A program made the translations under genes and the position numbers. Below the pieces are notes generated by a model. It did not search any database. It saw only the letters and a list, made by a program, of their open reading frames with translations, and was not told where the DNA came from. From Carcharhinus longimanus (lineage: Eukaryota), in assembly GCA_030264375.1 (NCBI GenBank), contig JASCQW010000109.1:44156356-44220355 (forward strand): DNA of 64,000 bases, in the 5' to 3' direction. The first letter of the stretch is position 1, and every line of letters starts with the position of its first letter. This document shows, in pieces, positions 48,781-62,254 of this stretch.

Positions 48781-50670
48781 CTTCAAAGAATATAGACCCA
48801 ATTTACTCAATTCTCATCATAGGACAACCCCATCATCCCAAGGATCAATTTAGTGAATCATTGCTCTGCTGCTTCTAATGCAAACATATCTTTTTAAAAT
48901 GTGGAGATCAAAACTGCTCATAGTAATCCAGAGATGGTCTCACCAAAGCCTGTACAATTATTGTAAGACATTTTTATTCATGTACTCCAGTCCCCTTGCA
49001 ATGAAGGCCAACATGCTATTTGCCTTCCTGATTGCTTGCTGCACCTGCATGTTAACTTTCTGTGTTCCTTGTATAAGAACATCCAAGTCTCTATGAACAT
49101 CACCTACTAATTGTGCACCTTTTAAAAAATATTTTTATGACCAAAGTAAACAACTTTACACTTACAAATATTACATTGATTCCTACCTTTTGTATTGTCT
49201 GATGTTGTTGCTGTTCTTGTTTTTAATACTATGCCTATGTACTTTACACCATGTAGCAAGAAAGATAAATAAAAAATAAATTGTTACCCACTCACTTAAC
49301 CTGTCTATGTATTGTCGCAGACAATCTGTCTTCCCCACAGCTGATCTTGCCACCTAGCTTGGTATCATCGGCAAACTGTGATACTTTACTCTTGGTCTCT
49401 TCATCTGTAAAACTGTTCACTGCAGCCACCTTGAAAAAGCACCATTTCATAGAATCCCTACAGTTCAGAAGGAGACCATTTGACCCATTAGGCCCTATCC
49501 CCATAACCCCACGCATCTGTCCTGCTAGTCCACCTGTACACTGTGTCCATTTAGCATGGCCTATCAACCTAACCCGCATATCTTTGGAGTGTGGGAAGGA
49601 ACCAGAGTACCTGGATGAAACCCACACAGACACGGGAAGAATGCGCAAACTCCATACAGTCACCCAAGGATGGAACTGAACCTGGGTCTCTGGCACTGTG
49701 AGGCAGCAGTGCTAACCACAATGCTGCCCATTCTCTGCTTCCCGTCCAACAAACAATTCTCTGTCAATGCTTAACTATTTCCTTGAACTCCATAAGCCCT
49801 TATCTTGACTATTAAATTTTTCCATGGCGCGTTATTGAATTCCTTTTGGAAATCCAGGTATACTAACTACATCTGTGATTCCCCTTACTTACCCTACTAG
49901 TTACATGTCAAGAAATTCTTGTAAATATGACAAATGGGATTTCTCATTCATTGAACCATGTTAACTTGTTCAATCATATTATGCTTTTCTCAGTATATTG
50001 TTAAAACATCCTTAATAGATTCTAGTATTCTCCCAGCAATTAATGTTAGGCTAACTGGCCTGTAGTTCACTGTTTTCTCTCTCCCCCTCCTCCTTTCTTG
50101 TACGGTGGTGTAACATTTGCCAACTTCCAATCTAATGGGACCATTCCTGAATCTAAGAAATTTTGAAAAATCATAGCCAGCACATCTACAGTCTCTGCAG
50201 CTATCTCTTGGAATCTTAGTGTGTAGATCATTGGGTTCTGATAATTTGTTGCATTTTAGTCCCTTAATTTTCTCCAATATTTTTTCTCTGCTAATTTAAT
50301 TTCCTAAATTGAACTTAAAAAGTAAAAAGTAAATTAAATTTACTTTTTAGCCCCTAGGTTACTGTCTATTTCTGTTATGAAATTTTGTTTTGTGCAGTGC
50401 TTCATCTCCCTCTCTGCTTCTATGGGACCAATGCTTATTTTAGCTACTCTTCCCTTTTTATACTTACTTACAGTCTGTTTATTTATTTCTGGCTTGTTTA
50501 CTCTCATTCTGTTTTATCCCTTTTATCAACTTTTTAGTGGCCTTCTGCTGGTTTCTAAAACAGTCCCAATCTTCAGTCTTGCTACTTTTTTTTTGCAACG
50601 CTGTCTAAGCCTCTTTTTTTAAAAATCTAACACTATCCTTAACTTCATGAGTGTGTCATGGATGGGTTTT
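48780..50670 (-). mobile_element. CR1 LINE ORF2 fragment, interrupted by an HE1 SINE and other inserts
   Basis: KSKVSQFADDTKLGG (ORF 49292..49696) and NYRPVSLTLIAGRILESIKD (ORF 49990..50277). Confidence 0.85.
49448..49728 (-). mobile_element. HE1-type SINE
   Basis: catagaatccctacagttcagaaggagaccatt ... gtgaggcagcagtgctaaccac. Confidence 0.85.
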
Positions 50671-52848
50671 TTTTGATGGAGTGTGTTTTTGTTGAACATT
50701 TTTAAGTTCATTGAAATGTTTTTCACTGTTCATTTACGTCCATACACTACTCATCATCCAACAATCTACCTCAGTAATTTTCTGGTTACTATTCAACTGC
50801 CAGCATTCATAAGTTATTTTTTCATCACTGGTATTCCTGACCAAGCTTTTGAATATCTTGTAATGTGTATCTCTCTCTTTTGCCAGTTTTCTTTCAGATG
50901 TCTAATATAGTACTTCTCTTGTGCTTCAGTTTGCCTTGAATCTTGGTACAAACATGCTAGCAGTTACCTGCACAGCAATTACTGGGGGTTTGTGGTTAGG
51001 AGGCCCAAGTGTGGAATCTTCAGGGCTTGGCAATTGTAAAGCTGGCAGTTTTAGTGACACATTTACTGGATTTTTTTCAGTACCTGTTCAGATTTTGTGG
51101 ATTCTTACAAAATCTAGAGAAGCTGACCACTCATTTTAAAAGAATGAAGAGCTGTTTGTTTTGTACTCCATGCACATTTAAACTGTTGTGACATTATGCT
51201 TCTGGGTGAGTTCCTGCATTTCATGGTTACAGCGCTTTTGCAATTCTTGAGTGTTAAGACCACTTTGGTATTGATACACAACCAAATTGTTTTGCATTAA
51301 TGTGAAAGTAGCCTTGATTCTGTCCCTAATGATCAGGCATCAGGAAGCATTCTTCTGATTTTATATACTGGAAAGCTGGATTGTCTGGTAAGGGAAGTCT
51401 ATTTTTCTGTTGCCAAACTCATTAGCAACAAATTAGTGAAGGCTCTTGGATCTCTTTTTTAGCTTGCAAGTATTATGGCTTCACATATTAACTTTTGCGT
51501 CTATCCCAGGGCGCACACGATTTTCAAACATAGTGTTTCTTTGTTTAAGCAATTAGGCAGCAGGGATGCAGCTATCAGCAATGGGGAGGTGAGGATGTGT
51601 TTGGAAAGAAAAGTGCCATTCTGATTATTGTGATGAAAACACGTCATTAGGTACTGCAGGATGAATCTCTGCATTGCAGCTTCCTTATGCCACATGTGAC
51701 CTTGGTGCTCTTGCGCAACAGAAGGTAGAATAGATATTTCTTTCGACCTACATATATCAAACTGTCTTTCCTTCAGATTGTAAATGAATAAAACTAGTGA
51801 GGGAGGGATCTTAAAATCTATCAGAAAACCGCAGTTTGCATGAAAAATATTCACAGGCTTTTGCTAAGAGGAACAAGGTTTGTGGTTTTGTAATAATTAG
51901 GTACTCAAAACCAGAATTGTGCATGACGTCCTTCTGGAACTCTCTTTTTAGCTCTGGTTTGAGTGGTAATTCTTCACTTGCTTTAAAATACATGTGACAA
52001 GCAGTTGCAACAGAAAGCTGTTGCACAAACTTTGCAAGCAATTCTGACTGATTTCTAATGCCTATTCAATTTTTCTGTAAAGTTATTAATTTCTAAGGAT
52101 TTAGAATATGAGGTGCTTGGTTTTCCTTTATGAAAGACAACTGCTACATATCGCTTTGCAATGTGTCCTTTAATTTTAGCAGTTTGTTTTGTTAATTCAG
52201 GAGTTGTATTTTCAATGTGCCTTGCAAAGCCACAGTTTAGTAGTATCTTCAGATTGTGATCTTCCCAGCTGATCCCACAATTTTAATAGTTTATATGACA
52301 TTTGTTTCTATACATACCTCTGTTTTCTATTGCCTCCCAAAGAAGTGATGGTCTGCTACTTGTAACAAAACTTGTGCATTCTGTTCAAGACTGCAGACCG
52401 TATTTGCAATTTTTGAAATTTTTGCAAATGTAAAACCTTTCAATTGTCCAGTATCTACCTCTGTAAAAAACCTGGTGTACTGAAATCTAATTTATATACA
52501 GTGATTCTCCATGCAAGTCCTGGTGTGGTAAACCCCAGGATTTGAATGGGGAAATCACTCATACCAAATCATTTCCGAAATCCTACTTTTGTATGATCTC
52601 AATTTCTTCAATTCAATTTAACTTTGAAGTGGCTAATTTCTATTAGGACTTAAACAGATTGAAGTAGTGATTGTGATTTTTCATATTCTGGTTGCAGACG
52701 ATAACACTTTGTGCCATAAATTGATAGTTGCATATGAAGTTAAGAGGGTTTATGATTGTGGTTAATCAATTTAGTATAATTTTAAGTTTTTGAAAAAACG
52801 GTCTAAAGCTTGTAAATTTAATTGCCAGTATTGATTGAAATTGACTAA

Positions 52849-52932
52849 AGGCAGGATTTTCCAACCGTGTCCACCAGTGGGATTTTGGGTGTTTCACTGC
52901 ATCCACAGTGCCTGGGTCAGAAAATCTAGGCC
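52849..52932. mobile_element. Very short MITE
   Basis: TIRs ggcaggattttc ... gaaaatctaggcc. Confidence 0.5.
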
Positions 52933-52994
52933 TATGTCTTTTCTCAATGGAGAGTGGTCAGTCTGATGTATTAATTGATACTGACCTGCCAGGA

Positions 52995-55010
52995 TGATGT
53001 TAGAACCAGTTGATCTGCACCCTAAGTCTTTAGGGTGTATTAATACTGTCATTAAGTGGGTAGATTAAGTGGTGATGTGAGAACATGATGATGCAGCTGC
53101 AGAAGAGGTCACGTGGTGGGAGTAAGGGAGTTATCCCTGGGAATGTAGACAGAGCACATGTATATAGCAACTGGAGCTCAGAAATAAACTATCTTTGTTG
53201 GAAGTCTGTGTTACCAGTGATTAAGGAAATCCACAACTTTTCACATGGTGTCAGTAATTGTCAGTATGACACAGGGACTTCGCTGCATCGACCCATTTGA
53301 GTTTGATGAAAATATTGCAGATATTTGGGATAAGTTCCAAAAGGAATGGCATACTTATTATGGTGCTTCACTCTTTGACAAGTCAAAGGTTTATAATCTA
53401 TTACACCTTCCGGGCCCTGAGGCCACCTAAAACTTCAGGTTGTTTGTTTTCCAGACAGGAGGAAAAAGTAAATCTCTGCATAATCCTGAAACAATTTAAG
53501 AACATCTGTCTTGAAGGAAAAAAACATAATCCTTGATAGATGTGCGTCCAATTCAATGAACCAAAGAGCAGATGAGTCAATAAAAGTATTTGTAAAGAAA
53601 GAAATGCACTTTTGGAGCACTGTAGTAGTTTGTGGAATATATAGTGATTCAGTCAGCGAGCAGCTACTGCGAAAAAAATACTTAATGTTACAAGCAGCCA
53701 TCAATATCTGTATGTTAAACGAACAATCGGAGAAATAAAGCAGACATTTTAGGTGGGAATCAGAGCTATTTGCAGTACAGGGGATGCCCTGCTTCAACTG
53801 CAATGGCCAGCACCTACTAAACAGAACAGCTTGTTTTGCATATGGTAAAAGATGCAACAGATGTGGGCAATGGAACCACTTTGCCAAATGCTGCAGCTCC
53901 AAACCACAGCAGCCCTCCTGTGCCATCAGCAATATAACACTTGTTCAATCCTCCAGGGATTGGAGCATCAGTAAGGTTAATGAATTGGAGTTCAACCAAC
54001 CAAAGCAGTGAAGCTACAGAGCCTCTAACAGCACTATATTGTGACAGTGTTGACAATGTCACAGGCAAAGGCAAGATCTGCATCATCCTCAACATAATTA
54101 GAAATAATGCCAGCCTTAAAGTTATGATTGACATTGGAGCAGAGGATAAAGTACTGTCCAGACAAAGGTTACAGTAAATAAACCTGTATGCAGTACCAGA
54201 ACCCAGATGCCTCTCATGGTTTATAGTGGACAGAATCCACACCAAAGATGTAGCAGTCCTCCACTGCCCAGAGAAATTTCAAATAGCTGAGCAGACACTA
54301 TGAGGGCATTGGGACAGCATTGCATTGGGACTCATTCAACTTGATCCAGAAGTACATGCTCAACAACTTCAAGCCCTAGAGATAAAAGCATATTGAGACT
54401 ATTTCAACTGTCAAATTATTTGTAAGCTACCAGTTGTACATGATACTAGATAATTTGGTACCTCCAATGATCTGTGCTCCGAGAAGAGTACCAGTAGCCA
54501 TGAAGCAGAACATGGTTAATGAGCTCTTTTGGATGACAGCACTAGGTTTCATAACTCCTGTAGAGTTAGACCATGGAATGGGTTTCAGCAATGGTGGCCG
54601 CAGTAAAAGAAAATGGCATGGTCAGGATATGTATTGATCCAGTGCACCTGAACAGAGCGCTGCTCAGACCACATCATCCTGTCAAGATAGTGGAACAGGT
54701 GATAGCAGACACGCTAAATGTCAAGGTGTTCAGCATTCTTGTTGCAAAATGTGGGTTCTGTCAGATCCTATTAGATGAGGACTCCTCAAAAATAAGTCCA
54801 TGTCGTCAGTAGGCAGATGTTGTTTTCATTGTATGCTTGATGGGAACTCTTCTGGCAGTGAGATTTTTCAGCGCTGCATGAAGCAACTGTTTGCAGGCCA
54901 ATCTTGTTGATGACATGCTTGTTTGGGGTTGTACTGTGCAACAACGTGGTGCACGTCTTTGTCTTGTCCTTGACAGCTTTCCTTAATCTGGCAAAGCTGA
55001 ATACTTAACT
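52995..55010 (+). mobile_element. Degenerate Ty3/Gypsy LTR retrotransposon: 5' LTR, PBS, gag, protease, partial RT
   Basis: Putative LTR with AATAAA ending in CA at 53245; PBS tggtgtcag (tRNA-Leu-like) at 53246; gag LRCIDPFEFDENIADIWDKF; zinc knuckles CFNCNGQH...CNRCGQWNHFAKCC; protease MIDIGAE; RT APRRVP, WVSAMV...VRICIDPVHLNRAL, LVDDMLVWG. Many stops and frameshifts; no integrase or 3' LTR seen; LTR start uncertain. Confidence 0.88.
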
Positions 55011-56900
55011 CTTTAAGTGCTACTTAGAGCGATCATCAGCTATTTAAAGGTTAGATGTTCTGCTTGATTTTCTTCTGGCTGTAGCATCGATTGTCACAGG
55101 AGTTGGTATGGCTGCTGCTGAAATACTTGCTGACTCCAAAGATTCATCATAAGCTCAAATATGGGTGCAGTAGTAAGCCATCTCCTTAGAATTGAGTATG
55201 ATTGGGAAAATGAGTTGAGATGATGCCAAGCAAGAAACGTTCCAAAAGAACGGGGAGGTTGAAGAAACGAGGGTGGCCTCTAGTCAGCCCATTTCTGCCT
55301 GGGTTATTTGTGAAGAACTGGTGGGATACTAATAACTTTAGCCCCAATTCCCTACTCAACACACATCTTTCTCTCTCACTGATGATCACATTGTTCTCTT
55401 GACCGCAATGGGAAAGAAAATTTAATTCCAATTGCCCATTTCAAACCAAGTTTATAAATGATGCTCTATTGCATACAGACTTAAACTACTCATCATTGTG
55501 CTCATCCGTGGTGTGCCTTTGCCTCTCCTAGTGCTCTTACACAGTGCTAGCCCAGTGACCACAGCAAGGCAGGTGGAAATCTGCTTCCATATTTTAGGAG
55601 CCTGTTGATTGCCTTTTGAAGATAACCTTGGTCAACTCCAAACCTTGGAGACACCATCCCAACTTAGGTGACAACAGTTTGGGCTGGCTGGTTGATACAT
55701 TACACTTAGGCACCGGTGGAGTGGTGGAAAGGGAGTCATGAATACTGTCCCCCTGAAAGAGAGCAGCAGTTTTGTGCACCATGAATCCACTACCATTCTC
55801 TGAGATGATGCCTTCATAAACCTAGTAATCAGGACTGCTGTGAGACCTGCAAAACCCTTTCCAGCACTGTTATCCACAGCCATGATGACAGTAATCAGAG
55901 CTGGCATGGCTGTCCTCAGACTTTTCGTTGGAAACTGAAATGGAAATTGAGGCATTGGCCATCAAGCAGTCTCCAGGCAGCTTATTCTTTACACCAAAAT
56001 GCAATGTGTAATATCTATTTGTACTGAAATTTATTTCCTATTTCAGTGTTCATTCTGCAAACTTATTAACCTCTTCCTGTACTTTGCATACTCTTTTGAA
56101 TTAACTACATCTTCCACTAAGATGTTGTCAACAAATTTTGAAATTACATTTCTGTTTCTTGAGTTCAAGTTGTCAATAACAGAGGTCTGAGCTTTGATTA
56201 TTATGGAACATCACTTTCCACCTTTTGCCTGTCTAAGTCAGTATCCTTCCTACCACTCTGTTTTCTATTGTTTTACTATTTATTCTGCTGACTGTCCTCT
56301 GACTTCAACTGCTCTAATTTTAGTAGAATCTGATATGTGTTGCCTTACCAAAGGCCTATGAAATAAACCAATGCAGTAATTATGCATTGTGAAAATTGTT
56401 TAGTAGGGCCAATAGTATCTATTTTCCAAAGTAATGTTATGCATGATGACACTTATTCATCCATTTATTTAATAAACGTACATGTTATTTACTGTGAACT
56501 GCCTCAGATTACTTTGTGCATAAGGCACAAATGACAAAGGACAAAAATGAAGCATTTACTGCAATGAAAACAGAACATTTTTGCCTGTATCTTTCCGTGT
56601 CACAGCCTGTGAAATTACAAACCAGGATCAAAAAGAGAAACTGGGTCAGCTTGTTTTGCTATATCTCCTGATTGAACATTTTGTCTGTAATAAGGATCCA
56701 AAGGAGTTGCCAGACTATTGAATGTAAATGATTATCCTGTGACTTTTATTAGTTGCATTGATTGGCAAGTCTGTTTGAATTTGAGGTGCCTATTTAAATT
56801 TGCTTTATCTTGCCAAAATTTTGAAACTGTGGCCTTGAATTTCCTGGAGCTGACATGAACATCCTAAAAACATCAAAACATGAGCAAAAGGAGCAGGAAT

Positions 56901-57211
56901 AGCAAGGTAGCACAGTGTTTAGCACTGCAGCTTCATAGCTCCAGGGACATGGGTTTGATTCCCAGCTTGGGTCACTATCTGTGTGGAGTTTGCACATTCT
57001 CCTCGTGTCTGCGTGGGTTTCCTCCCACAATCCAAAGGTGTGCAGGTTAGATTGGCCATGCTAAAATTGCCCCTTAGTGTCCTGAGATGCGTGATTTGGA
57101 GGGATTAGTGGGTAAATGTGTGGTGATATGGGGGCAGGGCCTGGGTGGGATTGTGGTTGGTGCAGACCAAATGGCCTCTCTCTGCACTGTAGGGTTTCTA
57201 TGATTCTATGA
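56901..57211 (+). mobile_element. HE1-type SINE
   Basis: A/B boxes, body, and tail tctgcactgtagggtttctatgattctatga. Confidence 0.88.
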
Positions 57212-57224
57212 ATGGAGAGCCCAA

Positions 57225-58485
57225 AGATCTAAGTTGGCCTCAAATATTTCCAAAATGGAGCAGCCACAATCCCCTGCCGTTGAGAATTCCAAAGATTCAC
57301 AACCCTCTGAGTGAAGTAAGTTCTCCTCATCTTGGTCCTAAATGATTCCCCCTTATCCCGAGACTGTACCTGAGTAGATTCCCCAGCCGGGGAAGTAACC
57401 TCCCATTGTCTACTTTGAAAAATGTAAGAATTTAAAGGGGTTTGAAACTCCAGAGAATATAAACCTAATTTACTCGGTCTCTCATGTTAGGACAGACTTC
57501 TCACATCAGAAACCAATCCAGCGAACCTTTGCAGTACCTTCTTCAATGCAATCATATCCTTCTTTAAATATGGAGAGAAAAACAATATTAATTAACTCCC
57601 TATTCGTGCTAACATATTATCCCAAACTCTTAAAAGACCTTGTTGTGTATTCAACTTTTGGTCTCATGTAAGCCATTAGTAGCAAAAAATTCCTCCTTCT
57701 TGTACTCCAAATCCCTCACAATAAAGGTCACCGTACCTCCTGCTTTCCTAATTGCATGCCGTATCTGCATGCTCTTCCTGTGCTTCTTGTATGAGTACAC
57801 CCAAGTCACAGTTTACAAATTTCACATCTTTTAAAAAATTTCTGCTTTTCTATCTTTTACCATCAAAGCGAATAATCTCCACAATGCCCTACTTTATTCT
57901 CCATCTGACAATGTGTTGCACACTCACTTAACCAGTCTGTATCTCTTTGCAGTCTCTATGTGCCCTCCCAATCGCTTACCTTCCTGCTTAGCTTGGTACC
58001 ATCAGCAAATTTTGATACATTATTCTCAGTCTTTTCATTTAAGTTATTACCATCTCCCACCTTGTTGCCCACTCATTTAACCTGTCTATATCCCTTTGTA
58101 GCCTCTTTGTTTCCTCCTCTTTGTATTGTCAGCAAAATTAGATGGAGACACAGAGAGTAGCGTATCTAAGTCAGTAATATAGATTGTAAATACCTGAGGT
58201 CTCAATACTGATCCCTGTGGCTCTCCACTAATTGCAGTCTGCCAGCTTGAAAATTCTCGATTTACTGCTCTTCTTGGTTTCCTGTCCATTAATTAATTCC
58301 CTATTCATGCTAATATATTATGCCAAACTCTTAAGAGACCTTGTTGTGTATTCACTTTTTGTGTGGTAAGTTATTGGATGATTTTGGGAAATCCAAGTAT
58401 ATAACATATATTGGTCCCTCTTTATTTAGCCTACTAATTACATCTCAACAAACTCTTAATAAAATTGTAAAATATACTTTCCTTG
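57225..58485 (-). mobile_element. Rearranged CR1 LINE fragments
   Basis: ORF 58086..58289 SSWQTAISGEPQGSVLRPQVFTIYITDLD...NFADNTK (VPQGSVLGP/FADDTK motifs); the FADD region occurs twice (about 58000 and 58130). Confidence 0.8.
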
Positions 58486-60314
58486 TCCGCATGCCCTGTT
58501 AGTTAGACTTTTTCCCTCACCCTTGTGCTCAGCACAAATGCCAGAAATGTAACCTGATAACATTGTGTCTGTGGACAACTGTGATCTTGGTGAATGATGG
58601 GACCAAAAACCCCTCTGTTTATCCAATGAAGTAGGATTTAAAGATTGAAAGAGAAATACAGAAATGACAGAGTAGGAAATGGCACAAATTAAGGATCAAA
58701 TTGGTTATAGAAAGAGGGATGAGGAGAAAGAAACCGAGATAAAGGAAAAGTAGGAACGTTTTTAAAGATTCTCTAAAATAATTTATTTCCTGCAGGAGTG
58801 AGACTCAACAATTTCAGTTGTTTACTTCTTGCACTGGAGAGGTTGAGTAGAATTACAAGAACATGCGTCCTTTAATTAATATAATATAAATAATTATATT
58901 ACATAAGTGGCTGCATCAGGTTTAATAATTTTCAGACAAAGTTTTTTTTGGAATTCACAGGTTGATGGCCAGCTTTTTGGTTTTGTATATTAATGGCTTA
59001 AGAATTTAGAATGTGGACTATTGGATTTTTTGTATGAAGTAAAACTGTGAAAACCTGTTCATTAGTTGTGAACAGTTTATTTTATTAGTTCAAGAGTTAC
59101 CCCAGTCTTACATGATTTCATTGATGCACAGTAGCCTTTGAAGGGCCTGAGCAAGCAACTGAGTTCTGAAAATAGCAACCTGGCATACATAATAAATGGA
59201 GCTGGTAGGTGTCATCCACATCCTGTGAAAACTGTTAAAAACATTTTTAATTTTTAACCCAAACTCGAGTCCACGTCTAGGCAACAGTTTTATTGAAAAG
59301 CACAGAAAAGATCTAGAGTTGTGGCTCTAACTTGATTTACTTGATTTCCTATTTTGGAGCTAAATATTGTATGTTGTAATATGATGGGTCTTCCTTCTTA
59401 AACTCTTGTAAACTTGCATTTATTATTTGCTGGTTGGGTGAATAAGTCAACTTAGGAAGGAAAAGAAAGAGAGACTCATCTTTGTACATAAGGAAGAATT
59501 TGTATATTCACAATGAGGTCTGAAGTCTTTCTTTAGGTTAAATCCAAGCCTCTTTTAGTCTGGTAATATACCAATACACCACTATGTTTCTAACACGCAC
59601 AGGGATATAGAGCATAAGCCAAACAACTCTATTAATCAGTACAAGCACATTTAAAATAAGAAGCTCTTAAAAAAAAAACTGTAAACTGAAGCTGTTTGCA
59701 GATGCCTAACTTTTGTAGTGAGCAGAGTTGGGAATCAGCCTGAGAGTTGAAGGATATACTGGCATGCCCTTTAGTTTGGGAAGTACTCAATTAACTGAAA
59801 ATCACTGACTTGATTTAGTTCATGTTTATCATGACAGTAAAAGAAATAGGATTGTGAATTATTCCATAAAGATAGTGTCCATTTTAAAAATAATCAAGCC
59901 CACCTATCCACTAAATTCCACCCTGAACATTTGGATTATTCTGCTTTGTTTGGTTTATTGTGACAGAAACTAAATGGTGGTAATGTTAAGAATCGGTCCA
60001 ATTACTCCTGGAGATAATGCAATAACTTAGATCATACTACTTCCAATGTTAATGGAACTAACCAAAGTATTTTGAATTGCATGGCTCGTGCCACTATTGC
60101 TCTAGCTCTCGTTGGTTTTACAAACACATGTCTCTAAACCACACTTCCAGTATAATGCATCGTTCATTGATTTAATTTGGATTCCAATTGATTAGAAGTT
60201 GGTGTAGGATTAGCATTCACAGGAGCGAAACCATATTCTGCATTTGACTGAAGTCCATTTCCATTTGATAACTGTGATTTTGCATAGTGTTGTTCAACCT
60301 TGTACATTATTTGA

Positions 60315-60546
60315 GGCATAATGTTGTTATGTGGAGGCAGGGAAGTCATTCCTGGTATCCTGGTCAACATTTATCCCTCAATCGACATCATAAAAACAGA
60401 CTATTCAAGATACATAGCTGTTTTTTGGAAATTGGCTACATTTCCTACAACACAACAGTGATTACAGTTCAAAAGTACTTTATTGTGTGCAAAGCACTTT
60501 CTCATGTTCAGTGGTTGTGAAAAGTGTTACATAAATGCAAGTCTTT
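60315..60546 (+). mobile_element. Deu-domain SINE 3' half
   Basis: tcctggtcaacatttatccctcaatc...ttcaaaagtacttt...gtggttgtgaaaagtgttacataaatgcaagtctt. Confidence 0.65.
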
Positions 60547-61111
60547 TAAAGGTATTGGTTAGTTTTAAATCTTTTGAAGATTTGAAGATGAATTTCAGTC
60601 TTTTATGAGCGAGCATTTTGTTTGTAGGTATTTTGAGTTTAGATTAATGCAATGCAGCATTGCATCTGGAATTGTATTCTTCTTTTGCTCTTTTCATTTG
60701 AGTAACGAATATTCAATCATTCAGTTTTGTCTTGGGAGTGAGAGAAAGGTAAGAAACAGAAATTCTTGAAGCAACTGAGTCATATCTTCCCCAAGTCTTC
60801 TACTCAGGAAGAACACTTTGGATCTATTTCTTCTACTGGGATTGCTTTTCCATAGTTTCCATGCACAAGAAGTAATGTTTGTATTTTACTATGGACTTGC
60901 AGCTGAGTAGTAAGCATGTAAAATGCCCCGACTTGCACTCTGCCTACAGTTCTTTGAACTAGCTTATATTTTTCAATTCAAGTCATTTAAGTGGCCCCAA
61001 TACAATCCCTGAAGTAGACTCTATCCCTGTTCCTGGAATTTGTATAAGAAGATTAGCCACTGCTCAGATCTCAGAAGCCTGCAGCAGTGACTGCTAAGTC
61101 TGAATTTTGAC

Positions 61112-61325
61112 ACAGATGGGATAGTGGTTAGCATTACTGCCTCACATTGCCAGTTATCTGGGTTTGATTCCTGCTTGGGTCACTGCCTGTGCAGAGTCTG
61201 CATATTCTCTCCATGTCTGCATGGGTTTCCTCCTACAGTCTGAAAGACATGCTAGTTAGGTGCATTGGTCAAGCTAAACTCTCCCTCAGTGTACCCGAAC
61301 AGATGCTGCAGTATGGTGTAAAGGG
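61112..61325 (+). mobile_element. HE1-related SINE, truncated
   Basis: agtggttagcattactgcctcac...gggtttgattcc...ctccctcagtgtacccgaacag. Confidence 0.8.
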
Positions 61326-62254
61326 GAAAGAGATTGGGGGCAGGATGACGTGGTGGAGGAAAATAGGAACAAGTTGAACTTTGTGCATCCATAATCCACA
61401 TAGGCACCTGTACATGTTAGTGCAGCTGTGCATGTTAAAGCCTTGAGTGTAATTTGATTTTTGCTAGGAGAGAGTGGAAAACATGGTGTGTGTATATATA
61501 TTAGACATGATAGCAGTAGGCTTAAATTTGATTGGAGTTCATTGGAGAGTTAAGGTCTCCTTTTGGATTTGGTCCAAGATTTAGGGGTCAAGCACCCTTT
61601 TGGGGGAGGGCAGATATCCTTTGGGATTGTTAAAAGTAGACACAAATATGCACAAATCTTTAGAACTGTGAAAGGAAGCGTTCAAATATCCTGCTCTTTG
61701 AAAATGACTATCTGCAGTGTTGAAAAAATATCAGTGCTTGCTGTTTCACTTTTCTGTTGACATAATCCTGAGAGTTACCCGTTTGAGGATTCGTGGTTTC
61801 ACCACCTATCTTTATCACAGTAGGTTGCCTATCAGTTCACAGTGTGCTTGACAGCACCAAGTGCTTGTAAAGTCTTTGAAGTGGGACTATAAACACAATT
61901 ACTTGTTCTTATAAAGGATGAAAGCAAATTAAATGTATTGAATGGGTTTTTATCAATGAGAGTATCTTTAAAAATTCATCAGTAGACACTTATGAATGTT
62001 ACTTAATCTCAGCATAGGTCCTGAGGTCTGCCATGGTGGATACTGGGCAATATGATATGGACGGTGTAAGGCTAAAGGATGATGGAGGGGTCATAGGTTG
62101 GCATGAATTGGCACTAAGTTGGCAAATGGGCTATAAAGGCCATGAGGGTGGGTTGAAAGGCAGAGTTTGGCATGAAGAGTATTTGGAGATGGGGGAGGTG
62201 GTGGTGATGGGCAGTGAGAGATGACAGCTGAAGGCTACTTGTGGAGCACCATAT

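Noticed and set aside
53245-55010. Domesticated or active Gypsy gene
   Set aside because: Multiple stops and frameshifts, a mutated protease motif (DIG), and no integrase or 3' LTR.
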